A stretch of 64,000 nt of DNA, taken from assembly GCF_003704095.1 (NCBI RefSeq), contig NW_020844534.1:310001-374000 (forward strand). The letters run 5' to 3'. A program made the position numbers and the translations under genes. The DNA is from Pocillopora damicornis. Lineage: Eukaryota. The notes below the pieces were generated by a model that did no database searches, was not told where the DNA came from, and saw nothing but the letters and a program-made list of their open reading frames with translations. Below are positions 1-14,500 of this stretch, in pieces; position 1 is the first letter of the stretch, and every line of letters starts with the position of its first letter.

Positions 1-80
1 TAAAAAAATGAATAACCAATTACACCTATAAGAAAAAGGTTTAAAGTTGTATACACATGGAGACAACTACAGATCCATAC

Positions 81-2551
81 CTCATCCGGCAAGTTAGCTG
101 CTGCGTCTATTGCTTTCTTCCTGTTTTTTTCTATTAAAACAACAAAAAAAGAGACAAACAGATAAATGGTCTAATCGAGACATAATGTGTTGATTAGACT
201 GGGTATAGCTTTAGAACACTAGAGTTGACTACTTTATCTCTTGAATAAACCCCTTTACCGCTTAGAGTGTCTGGCTTTTTATTTCTCCTTACACATCATT
301 TAGGAATCAAAAGTTAAGGTCATGTGAATAAAAGAAATGATCACCTAATTGTAAAACAAATTACAAAAACTGGGATTTAATGGAGGACATTCCGCGAGGT
401 GACTCTTCTTGTCCACTGTTTCCAGGTTGAATTGGAATTTAGAACGTTGGCTTTTGTGAAGGGGTGACCCAGAGAAAAACCCTTAGAGCAAGGACGAGAA
501 CCAACAAAAAACGCAACCCACATGCGACACCAGGTCCGGGAATCGAATCCGGGTCACAGTAGTGGGAAGGCGTGCGTTCTCACCACCGTGCCATAAATGC
601 TCTGATAAATTCTTTTTGTCAGTACCACAGGAATTGTAAAGAGAACAGTGGGAAGAGTATGAATGTTAACCTTAGGGTGGAAAGGGTCAACAAGTTAAAT
701 GGCTCTCTAAAGTTAGAACTTAAACCACAAAACCAATGTAAGGCTTTCCCTCAGTTATGTCACAGAATGCAGCCCTCCCTCTTCAAGTATATCTTGCATT
801 GAAAAAAAGAAATACTACCGGAGCCTATATTACCGAGAAACTGAGTAAGTGAGAACCTTCAAAGCACTTACCGAGAGCAGCTAAACTTTCAAATAACTTG
901 TCGATGTGTTTCCTGATAATGATAAATGAAATAATGATGAATGAATTGGTAAATTGGCGGTTTAGTCCGTCAGACGATAAGTCTGTCAATCCGTCAGTCT
1001 CGCAATCAGGCAGGCAGGCAGTCAGTAAGACTTTCAGCCTAGCAGTCGTGAAGTCAGTCAGTCAGTCAGTTAGTCTAGCAATCAGGCAAGCAGTCAGTAA
1101 GACTATTAGCCTAGCCGTCTAGCAGTTGGTCAGTCAGTATAGCTACCAGGCAGGCAGTTGTAAAATTTTTAGTCTAGCAGTCTGTCAATCAATCAGCTTG
1201 CGAGCCATCCAGCCAATTTGACATTCAGTCAGTAAATCAGTCAGCCAAAAGTCAGTTGGTTCTCAAGTTTGTTTGTTATTACCAGTGTTGTGTTTTCTAC
1301 CTTCAAAAGTACTGATTGTATATGATACTAAGGAAAGAATAATAACAAGTGCCTTGCCTTTTATCAGGAGGAAGGTCGACTGCATCATAATAACGACTTC
1401 GTCTGCGACTGTTAAATTCAAACCCATACTTGGCTATCAGCTCAAAAGTTGCCTGAAAGAGTTGAAAAGTATCACAACAGCAACAAATATTGGGACCCAC
1501 GCACACAAAAAACACCTAATAAGACAAAGCGATAGACAAACTGTCAAATCTTTGGGGTGTAAAAATTTTACGGAAGTACATAAAATTGTCTGAAGTTATT
1601 GGATGAAGCAATGCAGTCTCAGGTAATATTCTGGAAGGATTTCCAAAAGTAGAGATGGAAAGAAACAAAGGCAATCCATGTAAAATTGCAATGAAACGAC
1701 ACCATGTATCTTACTTCTGATGCACACGTCTAAACTAAGCTTAGCGCATCCCTTTACCTTTCACCCAATATATCGATTGAAGCACCTACACACCTAGAGT
1801 GTGACATCCTAGCCAGAAAAATACTGTGACAGTCTAGTGTGACATGCAGCGTGACACTTACCACTACTTTGGTTTTGTCACCTTTCTTCACCGCCAGATT
1901 CAGTATGTTAAAGAGACTTGAAAAACTGGAGTGAAATTAAAAAAAAATTACCATGAAAAGTCCATGTTTCTACAACGTAAGACTCACAAGACACGTGAAC
2001 CAGAAATACCCTTAAATCTCGCGTTCCACTAATTTACACTCATTTTTGTGTTCAAGAACAACTAATTTTGCTATTCAAATATTCTTATATCAAGTCTTAC
2101 ATTAACAGGTATAAACTTCGATTTAAATACCTATCCTATACATGTTAGGTATGTCGCAAACAAGTTGGCTATTAGGCCAAACATGATACAACCTAAAATG
2201 ACATAGTAAGTGAATTTTTTTCCAGAAAAGTCCCCAAGAAATGGTGCCAAAATCAGCACAGAAAATACAGCCACGATTTTTTGTGAGTAATTTCCGAGTT
2301 GCAGGCAAAAAATTAGAGACACTAGAGAAAGGTCTCCACACTTTAATAAAACCTGACCTGACAATTCATAAAGTACTTACTGTGGAAAGGCTTCTACTTT
2401 ATTGTACATCGCTAAACAATTCCTGAAATAATAGAATCCCTAGTTAGCCTAACATAAATCTGTTTTTAAATTTATATACTATTCCAAAAATAGGTCGAAG
2501 GTGGTGTCTTTAGGATGGCATGGCCACAGCAGCAACAACAACAGCAACAGC

Positions 2552-2592
<41 letters not shown>

Positions 2593-5500
2593 AAGCAATT
2601 TTTCAGTGCTGTAAATGAAAGCATATGAAATTGGGAATAATCATATCATATAACAGGGTACCAAAACTAATTACAGAGCTAAACTAGTTGGAGCAATTCA
2701 CAATCGGAGCAATCAGAGAAATCCATTTCTTCTACCAAACGGCATTTAGGATAAAATAAAGAGAACGTGCGGACCCATGTATTTTTTGTGTGTATAAAAA
2801 CAGCCAGTGTTTTATAGATGCACTGAAGGCCGATGATTTGCCAGCTACTTGTTTCTGAACGGCGGTCCCTTTTAATAAGACTAAGCAGTAATTAAAAGTG
2901 TCTGTCTAAATCTTTACTGGCTACTCAATTTCAATGGCTTACTATTAAAATATACGATGTAGAAAAAGATATAATAATAATAATAATAATAATAATGGTA
3001 AAATAATATCTCTACAGGAAGCAATCTCCTCCAATAAGTGGTTTCAGAACGGCCCTGTTGAGAATATTATAACCTATGAGGTAGTTTGTAACCTTACCAA
3101 GCTTCTTCTAGTTTATCGTTTACAGTGTACATCCGAATGATTAGAGCAATGGTCAGTGGAGGAATACTATAACAGCAAAAATTGAAGATCCTCATTAGAG
3201 ATTAAAAAAACCTTTCAAACTCAGTTTAGAAGATTCACTTTAACATTAGTATCAAGAAGTTTCTTTACAATATTCCTTATACAGCTGGAGGAAAAAGAAA
3301 GGGAAGTTTGAGAGAAACGTAGAATTAAATGCAATCTTTATAATTCTCTTGGTCTAAAATTCAACAAAAAAAAACAGACTTAAAGGAGGAAGGAAGTTGA
3401 CTAACAAGTAACTTCTCCTCACAAATTCAATACATTACTCAACAACCAGGTGATGACAATACAAAAACACATCCTTGAGAGGCTGTGATTTGCAAAAAAA
3501 GCAATTTTCCTAACTTATTTGCATGCTTATGTGCAACAGCTGGAAGGGAGATTTAACAACCTGATCTTGGGCACACACGGGTTAAGAGAAACATACCTTA
3601 GCTTGAATACTCCTACCCAATGTAAAACATCGTGCATGACTTCCAAGTTCTTTTTAAGATCCTAAGATGATGAATGATTTAAAAACACTTAGTGACTTTA
3701 AAATCACAATGAAGTCTGACATCTGACTGAGATTACATGGTTTATTTCTTTCTGTGGCATCCATTTAAAAGAAGAAAAAAGAGGGAGTCTGGAGGGGATG
3801 AATAAGGGGGTGCAAGAGAGGTCTGAGATAGCAAATTTGAAATGACAGAGTAATGAACTTGGAATCTGATTGCACAGACTATAATACAATGAAAGAGGGA
3901 ATTATCCTAAGGCCACCACTGGTTTGGAAGATTTCTAGGTTCCAGGCGATAACATTCCCCAGCCATCAAACATAAGGGGGGCCTAGGGAAAAAAAACTTT
4001 TTCAAGTATTTCAAATTTTGTACAATTCCTAAGATAATCACTACCACCATTATTTATTGAGTAGATGTTTCTGAATTTCCACTGATCACAACAAACCTCA
4101 GGATTGTCAGCTGCAGCAAGGGTTTTAATCAATGCTCTGACTACATTTTCTGAAATCTCTACTTTATACTTTTGCATATCTGTTAAAGGGAAAGAAAACA
4201 TTAACTAATAAATTCCTGCAATAGTTAGTCTTCCTGTTGGGAAGAAGAACAAAAGGACAGCTTCGACTGACCTTGTTTGAAAATGATAAGAGGTTAAAAA
4301 ACAATGGAACCAGCAGGAAATCCTTGCAAGAGTTGAATGGTCAATGGAGGGAATGAGTCAGATGCTTAGAAGGAGGGAACACAGCTTAGCAATAGACTAA
4401 TTAATAAGATCTGCTACTCTACTTCTCATTGTTTTATCACTTTACAAAAATTGGCTGCATTTTGAGGATGAGCTATCTAATGCAGGCTGTCTGGCTGCAA
4501 TAAACTTTCAAGAGGCTCCTCTTGTTCTCAGTTTCTAGTTCAAATTGAAAATTTGGGGTGTAAGTTTTTGAGGGAGGAGCCCAAAAAATGGAACCTGGAG
4601 GAGAACCCTGAGAGGAAGAACAAGCACTTTGAAAAAAAATTCTGAACCTAAAAGTGATGCTATGCTCAGGAAAAGAACCTGAAGGAAAGGGAGGACAAAT
4701 TCTCACCACTGTGCTTTCTCTGTTTCTCAAGTAAAAAAAATATGAGCTCATGATGGAGGTTACTAGCTCAATTAATCTTTTTAAATTAATAGGAAGCCTA
4801 ATTGATATTTCTTTTATATTTGAGATCTTTCTGGCTTTGACAATATGATTAAACACACTAAATACTTTTTCCTAAAAAAAAAGCAAGGCCAAGAAGGCTA
4901 GTTTTCATGGGCATAAAAGAAAGATAATAATGCCTGCCAGTGTGGAAGAGGTGTAAAGGAGTTAACAAAAAAAGCAATGAGGTTTGTTAAGGACTAAATA
5001 GAGAAGGTACATGTACAAGGGGTTTACTGGAAGTTAATCCAGAATTGTACATGAAACTTTGTGGAGGTATATACTGTGATAAGTTGAAAACTTACCCTGA
5101 TAGAGTTGTGGAGCAATTTTTGCATTGTGAGTCTTGTACGCCTGGTTCAGAAGAGTGACATAGACATATGATCTTGGTCTAATTTTCTAAAAAGCAAACA
5201 ATTTTTTAAAATATTAAAAAAATATGAATGGAATAACAGACCTGCTGTGATGAAAAAGATATATAGAAAATAAATATCTTCTCTTGAACAGGGAGATTAA
5301 CTTTACATTAGAGGCAACAACAATGACTTTAAATGTTTACACCTAGTTTCTTTTCTCTTCTGGCACTATTTATTATTTCAAAGGGGGTGTGCCAAAATAG
5401 TTCAAGCTGTTTTCTTACAAAGAAAAGAACAAGTGAAAGATGAGTTTATGTAATAAATGACATATGCATACACTGAGAAAAAGAATTTTGAGTGCTCCAA

Positions 5501-8500
5501 ATAGTAGTCAAAACAAAGATCCATACAAGAAGTACTTCAAATGCTTCAACACTCAGCTTTAAGATAACATCAGAAAAACTGTAAGATTATAAACCAGGGT
5601 ATTACAATAAAAAAAAGAGACAATAACAGACAAAAAAAAAGCACGAGTTTGTTACAACAACAGCAAGCAATACATCAAAAGATATAATATGAAACAGCTA
5701 TTAAACATACCTCAGGTACAATTTCTTTGTAGTACTTATATAGCAAAGAAAATTCCACATCTGATGTTGAAAGGGCCACAAGAAATGTGGAACTACAGCA
5801 GAAATAATGAATGAATGAATGAATGGACAAATGGATGGAGGAATAAGAAATATCATAACATCAATTAAAGAATCAATTGGTCAATCAATCAATCAACCAA
5901 TCCCTGAGCCAGTCAATTAGAAAAACAATCTGTCATTCTGATTGATTGGCTGACTGACTGATTGACAAACAGGCTCTTTTGTCTTTTGATTTCATGATCC
6001 ACTGAAATTAATTGCTCAGTCAGTTCAAAATCAAGCAAATCTTCATGGCTCCTTAGCTCAAAGAATTCAGTCAGACAACTCAGATGGGGTGACAAGATTA
6101 TCTCTCATGGAATTTTTCCCAGATGAAAATGATCTCACTACATCTGTGTACATTAATTTTGCTTCAGCAAGTCTTCTTTGTATAACCAGTAGTTCACAAA
6201 GCAAGGTAACAGTAAGGTCATACTAAATTCTTACTAAAAGTAGTACAGGACTGTTTTTTTTTCTTATACACTAGTATGTATACTATGGTAGGAATTTTCT
6301 TGTATGTACATTAAAAATCTTTCCACAAAAAAATCACTTACTAGAACTGAGAATATTTCACACCAAGATAAGAAACATTCCTGTCTTTCTGCACCAAGTT
6401 GTACACACGTATTGCGATATTAGCATCAATACAAAGAATAGCCTTTAAAAAGAACAAATTAGAATCAAATTTTGTTTCAATTATGGTTTTTTTCTTGTAA
6501 AAATTTTTAGGCATCATTTTGTGGTCAAATGGGAAAGACTGTTTGTCAATTCTGAAGTCTTTTAGCAGGCCAGAACTAATACTCCTATGAACTGAGTAAC
6601 TTGGGCTCTAAATTATTTTCAATTTCTTTCTAATAAAAATGGGAATGCTCTGAAGTCTTTTCGTTCCTTATCAAATATTTGTAAACATGAGTGTCATTTT
6701 TTAGGTAAAAATACTTACTGCACTCATAGCTGTGTTGAGGAAGTTGCCTAAAAAAATATATTTTTTCCCATCAGCTCAAAACAAAAGCAAAATTAAGTAA
6801 ATTTTCATATACAATATAATTCTCAAATCTGAACAACAATGAGGCATAAATAGGGTGAAACCTCAATCATCCATACCTCAATTATCTATTTTTTTTTGCA
6901 TTATCTTATCTTCTGGTCAACATAAATAATTTTTTGAAAGAATTATTTCTATTTATAACTGTTCCATGTAGTCACTATTTCCAAAAACCTCTATAAACCT
7001 TTTTATTTTGCACATGTAATCTGACTTATTTTTTTGCCATGGTCATTCCGTTAAACCCTGAGTTAACTGTAAGCTAACACCCTAAAATGCAACACTTTCA
7101 ACCTCTGCCACCTGACATCTTTCAGCTAATCACAAGACAAGTTGAAAAAAAGGATAAAAAATTGTGTCCCTGGCAAACTTGTGTACAGCTACCTTAGGTT
7201 TTTCTTTAAATACCAAAACACTCAACAGGCCTAAACACACCAAGAAACTGTGGGGAACTTCCATTACAAATGGACTTGGCAAAGTCCTTTCTTTTAAAGA
7301 AGAAAGATATTTGAAATGATTATTACAGCTATTAAGGGGTTTGGCAATAGTGGCATGGACAAAATGGACAAAATAGTCAATACTGGAGAAAAACTTGAGC
7401 AAAATAGAATCAAGAAAAATGGTGTGTTAGTGGAACCTAAAAAAAAGAAACAAAGTACAAATGTGAAAAAGGATGCAAATATAAGATTCTTCATCTGTGT
7501 GAGTGCAAAAGGTCCAGATTGATATATTCAATTTGCTTCTGAGCAATCAAAAACTCTTTTTCTTATATCATGAGCTTATCATGTAAAAGGCTAAAAAGAG
7601 GTAGATTTCTCTGGTAGAAGTCTTACTATCTTCTGGATCTATAATGGGTGGGAGATTGGGCAGAGATTCCAGTTGAGTGAGAATTAGATCAAGAACTGCA
7701 GGACTTGCAAACATCTTTTTCAATGGTTCTGAAAAGACAAGGAAAAAAGAAATAGTTTCTAAATGGTTAAGAAATTATAACTACAGTGTATAAATGTCTT
7801 CTATATCACTTTGTCTCACAGACTCTTATTTATCCACCTGTGGGTCTACTTGAATGTACCTACTCATTATAGGAAATGTTTTTGTTTGGTGTTGTCCAGG
7901 TATACATTCACAGTAATATCTGTGTTTGTTTGTCCACATGTTTGTCTGGCTTTCCATTTTTTGGGTGACCATCAATCTACTTGTGCCTTTTCATCAGAGT
8001 GACTAGAAGAATTGTGGGTTTTGCATATTTCATAAGCAGAAAAATGGAGTTACGCTATTGGTGGGAATATGGTAATTGGAGAAACAACAATAAAAGTAAA
8101 ATAAAAAGCTTTCATTGATATGATAGGGATTAAAAATGCTGATTTTAAAGATAAATCGTTACTCTAGATAACAGTCCAACTGTCTGTCTGTCTCTTATCT
8201 TCTTGTTTCTTCTTTGTCACTAGGCCACATGCCTATAAGCCCTTTTTCTAGCTGTTGCTTTACAAGGTTACTGGTCTTCACACCTTTCCTCTTGGATGGG
8301 GATGAACTACATATAATCAACACATATTAAATAATTACATTGTACATAATCTGACATTTACGTTTATTCTGCTTCCTTTCCTTCTTCTTGTTCCAAAATG
8401 GCAGGTATTCTGCTCGTAGTAACTGAGTGTATGATTCCAGAGAAGGCTCTTAAAGAAAACATACTTTCCATTAGTTATGAAAAAAATAAGTTTCTTTTAC

Positions 8501-11500
8501 CAAGAACAGACATCTTATTCATTTCAAAATACCCCTTTCATTTTTTTGCTATGTAACAAATAATCTACACCTCACTTAATTAAGCAGCATTTTGCATGTA
8601 CTGCAATATGACATAGTCTCAAAAATCAAGGGAAGGTTGATGAAAAAAAAGAAGAAATTAAATTCTCCCTCTTCAGTCTTGATAAATAGCATGAGAGGTA
8701 CTACCTCTCTTCCTGGATGGAAGCTTGTCAACAGTTGAACTATTATCCTTCCCTTAGCATTTAGTGAAGTTTCCCTAGAAATTTGATGGTACCCTGGATG
8801 CAGAGAGGTCCTAATGAGCACAAAACAATGACCCATACTCTGGTTCAAACCCGGAATTTTTATTCTGGGCATGAAATATAACTCAGGTTTAACTGTAAAC
8901 AAATCAGTGTTCTTTTACCATGTAACTAACAGAAGTGATTAACATGTAACTTCTCCCTATAATATCCATACAGCATATTCAGCAAACAAGTAATGAGATT
9001 ACTCAAACTCATCAGGTAAAAGTTCTTATCTTGATCTACACGTAACACCAAATTCTCACAATGAATTGAGAGGAAATTTGTAGCAGCTAGAGAGGAGAAT
9101 TAATCAGATCTTGGAAGTTAAAAGAAACATGTTATGTATCTATCCTTGTGACAACAGAGGTATCGTTACTTCTTCCCACTGAAATTGACTCAAGATATTG
9201 GGGATAACAATACAAGGTCTGAAAATAGTCTGGTAAATGTGATTTCAGGGGTTGCAATATATTGGGTAACAAATTAAACGATTCAAGATGTGTTCCAGTC
9301 ATGATGCTGGGACCCTCATTGCAATATAACAGAACCAACTTACCTATTCCAAGATCTTTCATGTCTCTCATCAAGGACAGTACAAGCCTTGTCCTTCCTC
9401 CTTCTTTAACTCCTACAACAGCAACCCTCATAAGGGAATTGAATGTGACTAGTAGAGAAATACAAAGGAATACCTAAATTAAATTTTTGCTGATTATGTT
9501 TAAAAGGAGGGAGATGAGGAGGAAGAGGAAAAATAAATTAGGCAGATAAGAGAATTCAGCAGGATCGTATTCACACCCAGGTCATGTTTAAATATAAAAT
9601 TTAACACTAAAAAACCCTGACTGCAATGATGGGGGAAGTACTCAAGGATAGCTAAAAAAGAGAATAACTGACTGAAGAAACATGATCAGTGGGCATTCTC
9701 TAAAAAATGACATGCACACTACAATTAGTGATGGTATTTATGGTAATGACATGAACAATTTGTTTCAAAGGAATTATTACAGTAAAATAAACTCACTGAG
9801 ATCAGGAATGACCACAGGTTCTTTAACCATTTCTTTGACAAGAATCTGAAAAAGGAAAGCCAAGATGTCAAACCAGTAATTTAGATTTCACTCAAAGTTT
9901 GTGTCAGTGTCAAGGCAAACTTTAAAAGATCATTTAGGCTTCAAGCATGTACTTCTGCAAACTTTTTTGCAACCAAGGCCAGAGAGATAACCTTCTACAT
10001 AATGTTCATGATGCTTGGCAAGTTTTTCTGGTTTGCTGGTAGCTAGTTCCAAAATGTGTTTGCTTGAAGTCAACTTCTATTTCTAGGTAAAGGCAGATCT
10101 GCAGTATGCAGTCTGTAAATACTACACACCATTGAAAAAAATGTTTACTAAACCCAAATCTGTTCAGACTTGAGACAGCATTTGGAACACCAATGGAATT
10201 AAAGGACTCCTTGACCCTTTCACTGCCATGAGCAACCAAAACAGAATTTCTCTTTACGATATCAACATAATATCAAGCAGACAATTGTTGAGAATAAGGG
10301 AAAATATAAAGAACAGGACTATTAGTTGATCTACTACCAAATTCTTCAAAAATCATGAGAATTGTATGGCAGATAGTAAGGATAATTACCTTTTCTTTTC
10401 ATCTACCTTCAGTTCTTTCTTTAACTGTGATGACGTTTTCTCCCATTACAGATATACCTGAACAGTGAAAGAGCTGTACAGTCAGGGTAATATGTACTGA
10501 CCTGTGCCATTTCCCAATTTTCAATTCTTGAGATTCCCTTTAATAGATAATTGTAGGTCAACAGAGAAGCTGCATATCAAAAAAAAAATGGTTTTCATGA
10601 GTAAAACTGACAGGTAAATTATTAATTCAATATCTATCAGTTTAATCAAAACTACATTCATTTATTTAATTTATCCTTATAAAATTTGGAACACGAAAAT
10701 CCAACCTTGGTGTCCATTTGCTCTCATTCCATTGATTAGCATATCAAAGGCTCTTTCATAGGCTCTAAACTAAAAACAGGAAGATAATAATTGTCTCAAA
10801 GATGTTCATCTTCAGGTACATATTTTCTGTATATCTTATAATTGCATTGCAAATACAGAGATTGTGAAAACCAAAACCATGAGAGAAGACACTCCCACAA
10901 TATAGGTTGAATTATAAAAGCACTTTTCTGTGGAACAATTAACAATTATTTACCAAAGCAGAAGTGGATAGTGGTGGATATTTACTGAGTGGCAAAACTG
11001 CTCAGCCTGTCCTATAGCCATCTCAAGAATTTAAAGCAGGAAATTTCTCAGGTCATGATATGGGAATCTACCTGTCTTAAAGAAATTCCTTCACATAGCC
11101 AATAAACAAAAATCATTTGAAGTTTAATTATTATACCTTTATCAAACCTAGCATCATAGCTTCATATGTTCGGCCATCTTTGGTTGTCATACTTTTAAAC
11201 AATTGTTCCGCATAATTGTCACTGCTGTTAAAAGAGACATGAAAATAACTTTTCAGTTCTTTAGAAACATTTTTTTTAAACCTTGTGTTTCAAGTGAGAT
11301 ACATGTATAATGCATGCAATACAATAAATGATCCAGAATTTTTTTTTTGCAAAAAGTTGTCCCTAAGTAAGGAGACTTCATGTGAAACACCAGCAACAAT
11401 TTCCAGCCACATTGTAACAGTTTTAATTGCTCATTTGAAAAAAAACAAACAAACTAACAAACAAACAAGAGTATTATAGTACTAACAAATACAACAAACT

Positions 11501-14500
11501 ACTTAAAAAAGGAACAAAAAACAAATTGTTGTATTATACATAAAATATATGAATAAATAAACCATTCACTCACTTCCATAAAACAGTAATTGTACCACCA
11601 TCATCCTATAGAATGAAGTACACAAATTATTAATCAGTTCTTTAATCTGAAAGGAACTACAAGTTGAGCTTAAATTGCAATTTTCATAACATGCAAATCA
11701 ATGTAAGATTATTCTGCAATTTTGTATCAGCGGGTATTCTAATTCCAGAAAAAAAAAACAGTAGGTTTAAATGGATCACATTAAAAATGATAATTAATAA
11801 ACTGGTAAAACTTTAATGGGTCTGAGAGAGGAACCAGGGGAGGGATACACAACATTCTCAACCCTTTTACCCTCAAGATCTTATTGGTAATTCTCCTTAC
11901 TTTCTATCATGCAGTGCTAATGATGTTAGTTCAGAGAATTTAGTATTGGATCAACTAATCTCCAACTTATATTTTTCTTTATTCTCATCATTTGTCTGTT
12001 TGATGTTGTATTGGTACTGTAAGGAAAAATTCTGTCTTAGCCACACCTGGGAGTTAAAGGGTTAAAGAAGGGAATGATCAACAAAAAAATTAAAACCTCA
12101 AAAGATCCTTAGAATGAGAGGTGAGAACAGAAATTTCCCTAAATTGGCCAACTGTCTATCTCACTCAACAATCAGTTGAAAGATGTCCTGTTATGGACTT
12201 ATACTCCCACCAATAAAGAGCACAATGCTCTAAATGCTTTAGACATGGAAACAGAGAACATCAGCTGGTATTTATGAGCATTAGGCTTGTGTGGGTAAAA
12301 ACCAGGTATGCTACATGTGTATTAATTACCTCTGGGTTAATTAGATCATCATCGTTACTAAATGTTTCACTCTCATCCATATCAGCATCACCAGTCTCTA
12401 AATACTCGGATTTTTCCTAAAGGTATTAAAAAAAATATTGCTAACAGTTAGATTGTTACAACTGATTAGGCATCACCTCAAACAGCCATTGGTATCATTA
12501 ATTCAAACCAGTATCATGTTGCTCTTAAGTTTAAAGGATTCTGGTTTCCATCTGCATATAATTGACTGTGTTGCATCTGCAATAGCATTAAGAAACCCTT
12601 ACTTCTAAGGTCAAAGTCTCTTCAGCTGATTCAGTGCCCAGTTTAAAGGCAACCAGGTCAAGCAAGTTATTTTGTGTTTCCAGTGACACTTCAACCCCTG
12701 CAAATTGTAATAACAAAAAATCATATTTATATAAGCTGAATCATGCATACATTTAATGGCTTCTTATTTATGAGCTATTGGCAGACAGATGCAAAGATGA
12801 AATCACCATCAATCATTTTTTGTCTTTTTATTATGTAAAACAAATAGATTCTATCAGTGACACACCCATCTCCGTCTCATGTGCAACTTTTTTGTTCATG
12901 CAACTTTTTTGTTCATGCAACTTTTTTGCTCTTGCAACTTTTTTGCTCTAGAAAGAGGTATAGCAACATGAAATCTATATTGTTAATTAAATGAACTGTG
13001 AGGTCACATAACCCATATCGCCCTTTTATTCCATAGACTGAACCTTTCTGAGGGGAAAAACATCCAGTGAAGACTGGGAACAAATACTCTTTTGGTTAAA
13101 ATGTTAGGCCAATATGATGTGAGCTGAAGGAAAGAATTGAATAACCATACTAAGAAAAACATTAAGCAAGGAAATAAAGGGCAAAATAAAGATTGTTACA
13201 AGTAAAAGGGCATGAAAGAGGTGATTTTTGGCCAATAATTGCATAGCCAAAGACACTCCCATCCATGTTGCATCATACTACACAGTTCATTAAAAAAAGA
13301 AGGCCAAGTACTGTATTTTCTCACTTCTTTCATGGCTATTTGTTAATTAAAAGTGATCCTTAATTTGGTAAAAACTTAGAACCTACTGTATATTCATCAC
13401 ATGTAGTACAGTACATAGTGAAGTTTTTAACATTTAACATCTAATGGCAAGCAAGCTGTTATCAATATTTCCCCAGTGTCTATCTCTCTAAGTGAACTCA
13501 ACAAAATTTCTTTGAATGGCTCTAATGCATGATGATGTCATTTACTGAAAATTCACTGCCAAGTCCTGTTTGCACCAAACTATCATGAATCTTTACCTCT
13601 TTTTATGTGGGTATTCATTTGACTTTAGTGTTTTGGAAATACTTTACAATTAAAATATGCCAGTCCACACCTTAAATGCAAGGCTTGAGGGGTGAAATTA
13701 GGTCAACATAAACATGCACAAGGCCTACTCATTTATAATTAGAGGAACATGGTACAGCAAAAACAAAAAATTTTTCACCTTGTTCCTTGAATTTTTCAAA
13801 GGCTTGGGCAGCATTCCTGGCACTCTTCCCCTTAATTAATACTGATGAAACAAAATTAGTCAGAGATTGATATGATTCCACTTCTAGTCTATAGATTCAA
13901 GTAGAGAAACTTCTAACTCCAGATGCTACTGAAGTTTCAAGAGAAAAGAACACAATAAATAGAAATATTAAACTTTAAAGTGCTTGCAGCTTGAGAGCTG
14001 TTGAGAGAAGGAAGCACATTAACATTTACTGTAAGTGTCAAATTAAGTGGTGGTTTTCCTCTCTTGGTTAAACTGCATTGTACTGATTTGATTAAGGGAA
14101 CAGGAGGTTTCAACTTCTTAATCATGATAACACCTTTTATATTCATTTGGTGATTATTTCAATCAATGTTCCAGTACACTTGTTAAATTAAACACAACTT
14201 CTGACAAACCTTTCAGTTGATCCTCAGTTTGAACATCATCAACATCAATAGCTTGTGCACCTTCTACTTTCCAAGCCTGGAGTGAGAAAGAAAGCCATTT
14301 ACAACATTTATACATCTTTACTGTAACTGGCCATTAAAGAGAATTAGATCAAGGTGTGATTTTGCAGAAAAGGTCAACTTACAGGGTTTGCATTCCAAAG
14401 AGGAAAAATCCCTGGACAATTTGAGATCACAAACTTAGCAGCTTCTACACCTGACCTCTTGGCCCAATAACATTGATCCTACAAGAAAGAAGAAACTATC

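Noticed and set aside
520-595. tRNA gene
   Set aside because: It has A/B-box-like motifs, but the stems do not pair and it continues into a repeat body, so it was called a SINE.
10389-10457. AG...GT-bounded open segment within PTCD3
   Set aside because: It would need a ~44-nt intron and is phase-incompatible with the flanking exons, which join cleanly without it.
13779-13841. Suspected frameshift in PTCD3 exon 8
   Set aside because: A recount gives 63 nt with phase 1 at both ends, so the frame is intact.
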